DNA from: Xylographa opegraphella
Lineage: Eukaryota
Direction of reading: 5' to 3'
DNA: 58,386 nt
NCBI GenBank assembly: GCA_022813865.1
Contig: JALDZX010000062.1
Coordinates: forward strand, 62,001-120,386
The notes under the pieces are model-generated. The model was given only the letters and a program-made list of their open reading frames with translations. It was not told the DNA's origin and searched no databases. Position 1 is the stretch's first letter; every line of letters starts with the position of its first letter. Below are positions 50,888-58,386 of the stretch, in pieces. The translations under genes and the position numbers were made by a program.

Positions 50888-51871
50888 CTAATTTTCATCC
50901 ACTAAGGTGTCCAGCAGCTGAATACTTAATATCATGACCAACAATCCGATCGTCACGATGATTAGCAGCGTGAAACCGATCCATCCCAGTACCATGGCTC
51001 CCGCACCCACTCCGCTCTGTACACTGCCATTCCCAAAATCTGAGGCTATTGTACTCGCTGCCACTGATGCCGTATGTTGCCATAGTACGCTTACGAGAAC
51101 GAATACCGAGGCCACGAATATAAGCGCCAGAGCGACCTGCGAGACTGGTCGAGATGGGAATGGCTTGACGTCTCTTTCCGAGCCCCGCTCATCCATTTCT
51201 TCGTGCCAGCCAGGGAAGGTGGCGAGGAGAATGAAACACACGAACGCTAATATGATGGCGACAATGCTATGAATGAACATCAGCTCCAGTCTTATATGCT
51301 CATTGTTCTGTAGAGAGGACCAGGAAGAGTACTTACATGAGGTAGGGGAATACGATGCTGTCTTTGAACGTACTCGCAATCCATATCAAATTCAGCGGAT
51401 CTTGATCGACTGAGACTTGTTCTGCCAATGCACTGGCATTGTTGCTGCACAGGAATGATCCCCCGTCGGCATTGACACAGATGCCAAAATAGCCTACTCG
51501 TACTTCTAATATGGCTTGACCGACTATGTTTGCTATCGCGGTTGTCACACCAGGATCAACTTGCGCGGGATCAAATGTCGGAGGATCGGATTGGTAGTAG
51601 AGTGATATGAGGAAGATGTTAGGTATTCCGGGTGACGAGGAGGAACAGCCGGCAAGGAGAAGTGCTGGAGATTATTCTTGTCAGCATCCTTCTCGACAGC
51701 GAAGAGGAATTACTTACAAAGAAGTACAATGGCAATTGCGATCAATATCATAAGCACGTGGTGGTAGCCGAGGAATGGTACCAGCCCTTTGGAATGTTAG
51801 CAGTAGTTCTTGCTTTGTGGAGGCCCAATTTACGTACGCTGCATTCCCAAAGAAAATCTTAAAGTCGCCAT
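50888..51871 (-). CDS. FIG1: Fig1-family Ca2+ influx / membrane fusion protein (claudin-like)
   Basis: GYHHVLMILI..LLLAGCSS, VRVGYFGIC...FLC (claudin-like motif), DPLNLI, TFPGWHEE and LWQHTASVA. Four TMs and three introns. Confidence 0.85.
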
Positions 51872-52475
51872 GGTGGTTCTCTAAATGTCGTAAAACCTAA
51901 GATTTCGACCACCTCCACTCCTTTCCCCGTCCTTAATAGGACTGTTTTCTGACGGCTCCCCAGCAGTGCGTGCGGATTCTCGACTTCTCAGGCTCGTGAT
52001 GATGAATGTCTCGAATGGTACTCGCTTTCACGTGGCCAACCGATCTGGATCTCGAATAGGCGAGGAATGGTCAACAGCAGGAATGAGGAGGTCCGGCACT
52101 GTACTCAGAAATGGTCAGAGTCAACAATATTCAACTGAGTATAGAAGTGAGTGGGTATGATGGAGTCAATTGAAAGCTTCTTTCTTAGCTAGGTCCCAAC
52201 ATGGCAATCCATCTCGTTTGTAGAGATGCGTGGGGTTTGCGGAAGAGGTTGGGGTGGCTGGGCGACGAAGTGGCTAGGCGGTGTTTACACTCGGTAAAAG
52301 CTTTACATCTGCCCTAGCCGTCCCGTGGCAACCTGCTGAGACAGGGGTCCTGCAGCGGGTGCTGTGGCGCTAACGCTAGTTCCCGTCCAAATCTTATTGT
52401 AAATCTTGCATTTTAACTCCAGACCTGCCTCCTCGCTCATGAGCTTTCTGACGTCAAGTGCACGATTTAACCACG

Positions 52476-53119
52476 ATGACGAAGAGCTTGTCCAAGGTCC
52501 AGAAGAAGATCTCAAAGAAAGGTGTCAATATCACTAGTCTTCATGAGAATAGTCGAAACTCTCAACGACTACGAAGAGCTTCCGCCAGAGATGACAAGCT
52601 TGCCAGGGTCTCTGCTGCAAGAGCTAAGGTAAATCAGGTACACCGTGAGTTGTATGCGCCTATGTCGTTACTTCGAAATTTGTTTCTCAAGTCATGGATT
52701 TAGTGAGGAGAGTTGCTTTTTTCCAGGCCGCCGCAATAGCTGCACCTGGCTTATTTGATCTCGACACTATACAACAGCTGATACAGAGGTCGGGCCCGCC
52801 TTGAACGTTGCATTGACAGATTTTAATTTCATCCAGATATCTTGAGCGCGACAATGAAGAACTGGTGAAACTTGCAGACGAACGAAGACCTGGACGACCG
52901 AGGAGTAATAGGGAGGACTTACTCAAGCAACGAATGGCGATGGATGGGAGAGAGTACGATGGAGGGTTTTGGATGCCGGATATGATGGAAACGACCAATC
53001 TAAAGCTGCTGCGTGAATGGAACGGCGAATGGACCCAACTGGGCACTTTGAAATATGTTCGGATCGCTAGAAACGGAACAGTGCACGCTTCAAGTTTTCC
53101 TCCCAAGGGTCAATCATGA
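52476..53119 (+). CDS. TMA16: Translation machinery-associated protein 16
   Basis: MTKSLSKVQKKI..LHENSRNSQRLRRA..RDDKL, RRPGRP..RED.L, EY.GGFWMPD and WNGEW. Two introns. Confidence 0.85.
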
Positions 53120-53911
53120 AAGTTATTATGCACGATTTATGACTGTATCGTTGTCTAAGTTTACGATTGACGATTATTGGGTGCTAGGTCCTGCCACCGA
53201 CGAGTGAACTTCACTATTCGACCAAAGTGGATGAACATTCAAAGTAGGACTCATGTGAAGGTCATATGCTATAACAACCTTAGGCTCTAAAAATCGCTCT
53301 ACATACGTACCAATTTTCTTTTCTAACACGGTACCTACAGCTGATGGTTTCTACACTGATTTCTTACGTTCGAAGCCGCGTTCAAGGGCTTGTTTCGGAT
53401 TACTGTGAGAAAAAGCCAACCGTCATGTCTCTGAATCGACTATACTATCGGTCTGGGCTCTTCGCGGGGCGACTAAGGAGCTGGAAATACGCCCCCTTCT
53501 GTCTGGTATGTGTGAGACCAAACGAAAATGACAGCCAAGTGAGCTCAACATTGATAAACGATACCGTTCCATGAAGGTAACAAAAGCCCCGATATGCTTC
53601 ATTGTGTCCCGAAGGAGGCTTGCCCAGTTATATGCACATAGCTGAACCCTTAGTAATATCGCCGTGGGCCCTCACTCGCTTAATTATGATTCAGCCAATA
53701 GGAAGGCCAATGAATGAAGCTTCCTCTGCGAAAGTTCCTTCTCTCTTTATCCGAGGATTTCCAATTGTACGTTCGATTCGGGAGACTTCCGGTTCCAGCA
53801 AAGACCCACGAAGCCTGAGTACATATCTTGTCGAAATTTGGCTTCGGGTGGCAAGGATCCAAGTGCGAGCGGAGCGTCGTTGAAAATCTGCAGTTGCTGC
53901 AATAGGCTCAC

Positions 53912-54769
53912 ATGCCACAATCAACTCCTCCCTTCGGGGCTCTGCGCCTCGCCTCCCCCATAGATATCAAGCGGATCAGTATCATCGCCACTTGTGGGTT
54001 CTTTGGGGGGCCCGTATGTGCTTATTACCGTCCATTCATCACTCAATATCCCGAGGACACACTTGCGTCTTACTTTCAGATATTCTCGGCCTATATGAAG
54101 AGTCCACGGCATGTCGTACTCGTAGCAGTCGACTCCTATGATGCCCTCGAAAGCACCAAATCCGAGCTTAAGTTTCCTGTCTACGACGAAGAAGTGGTAC
54201 CTGTCGTCGGAGAACAGGTCATTGTCGGTGTCGCTGTATGGGCTTTGGAGGAAAGCTCACAGCGGATTAGGGATTTCCAACACGACCATGGTACTCTTGT
54301 CGTAACTATCGAGAAGTTGAGTGAACGCTGAACGAGGAAGATGCTTGGCCGGAAGTGCCCCACAGCGAAAACCGAGACCAGCACCAGGAGCACAGCAGAA
54401 TACTGGGTGCGAGAGCACATGCCGCGCAAGCAAGGTGCCTATGGTCGACATTGTCCCGGCTGCAGGGCGAAAGCGGCATGCACTGACGCCGCTCCCAGAT
54501 ACTTCGAGGCCATCTCCGAGCTCGAGATGCTCGTTGTGCATCCGGCCTACCAGAGCCATGGACACGGAGGCGCGCTAGTCCGATGGGGCCAGGATCTCGC
54601 GCGCATGGACGGGGTCAAGCAAGGCGTTATAGGTCCAGCGAAGGGGATGAAGCTCTACAGGTCGCTCGGATTCGACCTCCTCGATGAGCTACAATGGCCG
54701 GGCGATGAAATTACACCGGATGGGCTGCAATTGGGAGTCTTGCGATTTGATCCCCACCCCATGAAGTGA
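53912..54769 (+). CDS. GNAT N-acetyltransferase
   Basis: LRLA...DI, IVGVAVW, acetyl-CoA motif LVVHPAYQSHGHGGALVRWG and GMKLYRSLGF. Two introns at about 54291-54340 and 54435-54498. Confidence 0.88.
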
Positions 54770-55777
54770 GATGAAGCTCATTAACCGAATACGTCGAGTA
54801 TGTGAAGGAAGACACCACAGACTCGAACGACAGCACGCGCTCGTTCGAGGGACGGTGAACTTCCGCCCCCGGCAGACACGGTAAGCACTAACTACTATTC
54901 TCCGAATCATACGGAGTAATCGTCCGTATCCTACTCATCACTATCATCACTATCATCACCGTTCAGTCTCACCTGAACCTAGTCTTCGCACTAATCGAGT
55001 TTTCCTGAAGATCGGGAAGGCTTCTAGAGGTACGACGCTTGTCAGACCAATAAGTGAGTAGTCCGTATAGGTAGGTATATGACAGAGTCTCACCCACCAC
55101 GCTTCGTGTACTTCGTAGCGCATGTGCCTCGGCGGTCGCCATTCCCACTGACAAGTCGGAAGGGTAGCTTCGGCGGGGAGGGGGCTGTAATTACCCTTTA
55201 TTCTTTGGAGGCTTCCATGCGCCTTCTCCGACTTACCTTACATAGGCCGGTCGCCTTGCCCTGGCACTTCGACACACGAATACAGCGGTTGGTGGTCTGT
55301 CAGCGTTGCATCCGTGACCTGCCATGTGTCGCATTTTTGTGCGCCCCCCCCACTTGGTTAGCTTGGACCGAACGAGTCGGCACGAGGCGGGGTCGGTGCT
55401 AGCCGTTACGTATCGCCAAACATCGGAAGTCTCCCATTGGCCAGCCGAAAACGTCGCCTTCTCGGATCCTCCGTTCAGCTGCACGCCTCCCGTGATTTGC
55501 TCATACGCTGTACAGATCCGTGCCGATCGCTGGAGGCGCCTTGGCCGGACGGCGGGGTGGGTCGGAGGAATGCCTGATCGCGTCGTCTGGGCCGGGTTTG
55601 CCATCATCACCTGCGCTGACCTACGAGCCTACCTACCTTACCTAGGTTATTACTCAGTACGGAATACAGCCGGTCCAATTCCGGTCCCATTCTCGGGCTT
55701 ACCGTAAAGTGTTGTGAGTGGTTCCTCCAAACTCTCTCCCCCCCCATGCCGCTTCGCCTTTCGCACCAGCGGACGCC

Positions 55778-55810
55778 CTTATCTCAATTGTAACAAGCTC
55801 CCCTCTTATC
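55778..55810. promoter_or_regulatory. Pair of GATAAG (AreA/Nit2-type) sites upstream of the amino acid permease
   Basis: CTTATC at 55778-55783 and 55805-55810. Closely paired HGATAR sites are the established nitrogen-regulation signature. Confidence 0.5.
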
Positions 55811-55971
55811 TCTCTGCACCCTCGCGGCACGGCAGATCCCCTTCCACACTTTGACTAACGGTGCAGTGCGCACGCTTCCCTTTAATAAGATCCTGGACGT
55901 CCCTCAACACCACCGGATTTCCGATATTACGACATCTTGATCGTGTGTCACTCTGTCAACCGTGTCCAGCC

Positions 55972-57946
55972 ATGGAATACGATAATAAAGAAAAGCTCTC
56001 GGACGAGTCTCCGGTGAAGCGCGACGAGTATGGAGTTCACGAAGGCGGCATTCATGACGTCGAGGCCGTGCCCGCGAATCAGCTGTCGCGATCCCTGAAG
56101 AGTCGGCACATGCAGATGATTGCCATCGGTATGCTCCAGCCGAAGCCTTGAGCGTGGAGGGTGACTTGTCTGACCGAGGTGCGAATGCAGGCGGATCGAT
56201 AGGTGCTGGTCTGTTTGTGGGATCTGGCAACGCTCTCGCTAATGGTGGTCCTGCCAGTGTGGTAAGTTCCCCGCCCAGAGTAGGCTCCGCGCACCATCTG
56301 CTGACTTTGATACGTAGGTGATCGGCTACTCATTCGTGGGACTGCTGCTTCTGTTCACTGTGCAAGCTCTGGGAGAGCTGGCCGTTCTGTATCCCGTCAA
56401 CGGTGCCTTCTTCAACTATGCCGTCCGTTTCATCGATCCCGCCTGGTGCGTACCACTCCTTTTCCGAACTCTTTGCATCGCGGCAGCGCAAGGTAATAAC
56501 GGTGTCAAAACAGGGGTTTCGCCATGGGCTGGGACTACGCCATCGGCTGGCTCACGGTGCTGCCATTCGAGATCTCTGCAGCTGGTCTGACAATCGATTT
56601 CTGGCGGACGGATATCAACATTGGCGTCTGGATCGCAGTGTTCCTCTCGATCCTAGCAGCAGTGCAGATATTCGGTGTACGAGGCTACGGTGAAGGTCGG
56701 TCGCAAAAGCTTATAACAATCGACATCATGTGGAATGTTGACTTTTTTTGCTACAGTCGAGTTTGCTCTTGGAGTCCTCAAAATTACTGGTGTCCTTGGC
56801 TTCATCCTCTTCGGCATCATCGACAATTGTGGAGGCGTCAAAAGCGACACTCGCGGGTACATCGGCGCCAAGTATTGGTACGACCCCGGTGCGTTCCAGA
56901 ATGGATTCCAGGGCTTCTGCTCCACCTTCGTCACTGCAGCATTCGCTTTTGGAGGCACTGAGCTTGTCGGCCTCGCAGCCGCTGAAGCCGCTGACCCGAG
57001 AAAGACGCTCCCCAGAGCGACCAAGCAGGTATTCTGGCGCATCAGCTTTTTCTACGTTATCAGTCTCCTCATCGTTGGGCTTATCGTCCCCTCGAACAAT
57101 CAAGATCTCCTCGGAGCCAGTAACTCAAACACAAAGGCATCCCCCTTCGTGCTGGCCCTTAGACTTGCCCAGGTCAACGGCCTCCCGTCGGTCTTCAATG
57201 CCATCATCACGATTTCCGTCATCAGTGTTGCCAACTCTTGCACTTTTGCCTCCACTCGCACCATGCAAGCCCTTGCGCTGAACGGAATGGGTCCTAGTTT
57301 CTTGAAATACATTGACAAGAAGGGTCGCCCTCTCTGGTGTGTGATCATTCAAATTGGCTTCGGTCTTCTGGCCTTCATCAACGAGGCCACCACCGGCCCG
57401 ACGGTTTTCAACTGGCTCTTAGCCTTGTCAGGCTTGTCCTACTTTTTCGTATGGGGCAGCATTTGCCTGTCGCACATTCGATTCCGACACGCGTGGAAAA
57501 TACAGGGTCATACCTTGGCAGAGCTGCCGTATCAGGCCCAATTCGGTATATGGGGAAGCTATGCGGGTTTGACGCTCAACTGCCTTGCGCTTATTGCGAC
57601 ATTTTACGTATCTTTATATGTAAGTATTGGCCTCCCCCCCCCCCCCAACCTCAAAATACCTGCTCCGAATGGTGAATATTCAGCTGACCATTTCTCTCCC
57701 CACTAGCCTGTTGGAGGGCCAAACCTAAACCCTACCAACTTCTTCCAAGAGTATCTCGCCGGGCCGCTCGTCATCGGTCTGTACCTCTTCTGGAAGTGCT
57801 GGACCAAGTTCAGAGGCCCCATGTTCGCCCGGCTCAAGGACATCGACCTGCTCACCGGCATGCGGGCCTTGGACCTGGACGACGAGCCACCGCCAAAGAG
57901 CACGTACCGGACATGGATGATGGGCACGTTTCGAGGTCTGTTCTAG
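55972..57946 (+). CDS. Amino acid permease (APC/YAT family, Gap1/Inda1-like)
   Basis: LKSRHMQMIAIG|GSIGAGLFVGSG, ALGEL, FGVRGYGE, AFAFGGTELVGL, QVFWRI, ASPFV and FNWLLALSGLS. Five introns; stop at 57944-57946. Confidence 0.95.
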
Positions 57947-58322
57947 TGTTCTATCTTTTGGGTACATGGGTGTGCGGTGGAGTGGGGCAGGCTGTATTGC
58001 TAGTCGCGTTCGTCGTAGAAATTCAAATTATAGATTGACAGCATTCTTCGCTTCCGTTGTTTGTTTTCCTGCTGTAGGCATGGTATACATTGCGGTGTTG
58101 GTGGTGTGCAGTCCGGGGCCCCGGATGGACGTCATGTGGTTCTGGATGCTGGAGGCGGGTTGGTTCACGAGGCTGGCGGCATTCGGGTAGGATGGTTTGA
58201 TGGGTCGGCATGGTTCTTTCCATGTGCCATACCTTACGGAGTATCAAGTTATCTGTTGAAAGAATTAGGAATTGGCAGAACTAACATACAGTGAAGTGAT
58301 TGTGAATTTTCTATTGGGAATT

Positions 58323-58386
58323 TTCTATCGTGAATGATTCTATCGTGAATGATTCTATCGTGAATGATTCTATCGTGAATGATTCT
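58323..58386. repeat. Tandem repeat (TTCTATCGTGAATGA)n running off the window end
   Basis: Four exact 15-bp copies plus a partial one, preceded by degenerate copies from about 58298. Confidence 0.95.

Overview
Gene-dense nuclear DNA from a filamentous ascomycete (Pezizomycotina). This rests on short GT..AG introns with CTRAC-type branch points and fungal-specific gene families; a lichen-forming lineage is possible but cannot be shown from sequence alone. About 27 protein genes can be reconstructed, mostly housekeeping: MFS transporter (5' end only), thiol methyltransferase, OTU2, ICL1, ILV5, SRY1-like dehydratase, Zn2Cys6 factor, Xaa-Pro aminopeptidase, MAM33, ERV1, HEM4, Fus3/Kss1 MAPK, SEC24, EXO1, RING protein, HAD_SAK protein, FIG1, TMA16, GNAT and an amino acid permease. 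I saw no transposase, rRNA, tRNA, CRISPR or PKS/NRPS. The main items worth follow-up are: (1) a large orphan gene at 41.1-43.6 kb ending in a bacterial HicA-toxin-like motif and broken by two opposite 1-nt frameshifts; (2) a secreted Kex2-type prepropeptide at 47.1 kb with an alpha-hairpinin-like CX3C-X15-CX3C cationic core; (3) a hairpin-dense intergenic segment at 13.1-13.5 kb that looks like an unannotated structured RNA; (4) a caspase-like gene whose catalytic His position is Tyr; (5) a C-rich to G-rich compositional switch inside several GC-rich genes; (6) several short tandem repeats. All gene models and family calls were made by eye without database searches, so exon boundaries and start codons need confirmation.
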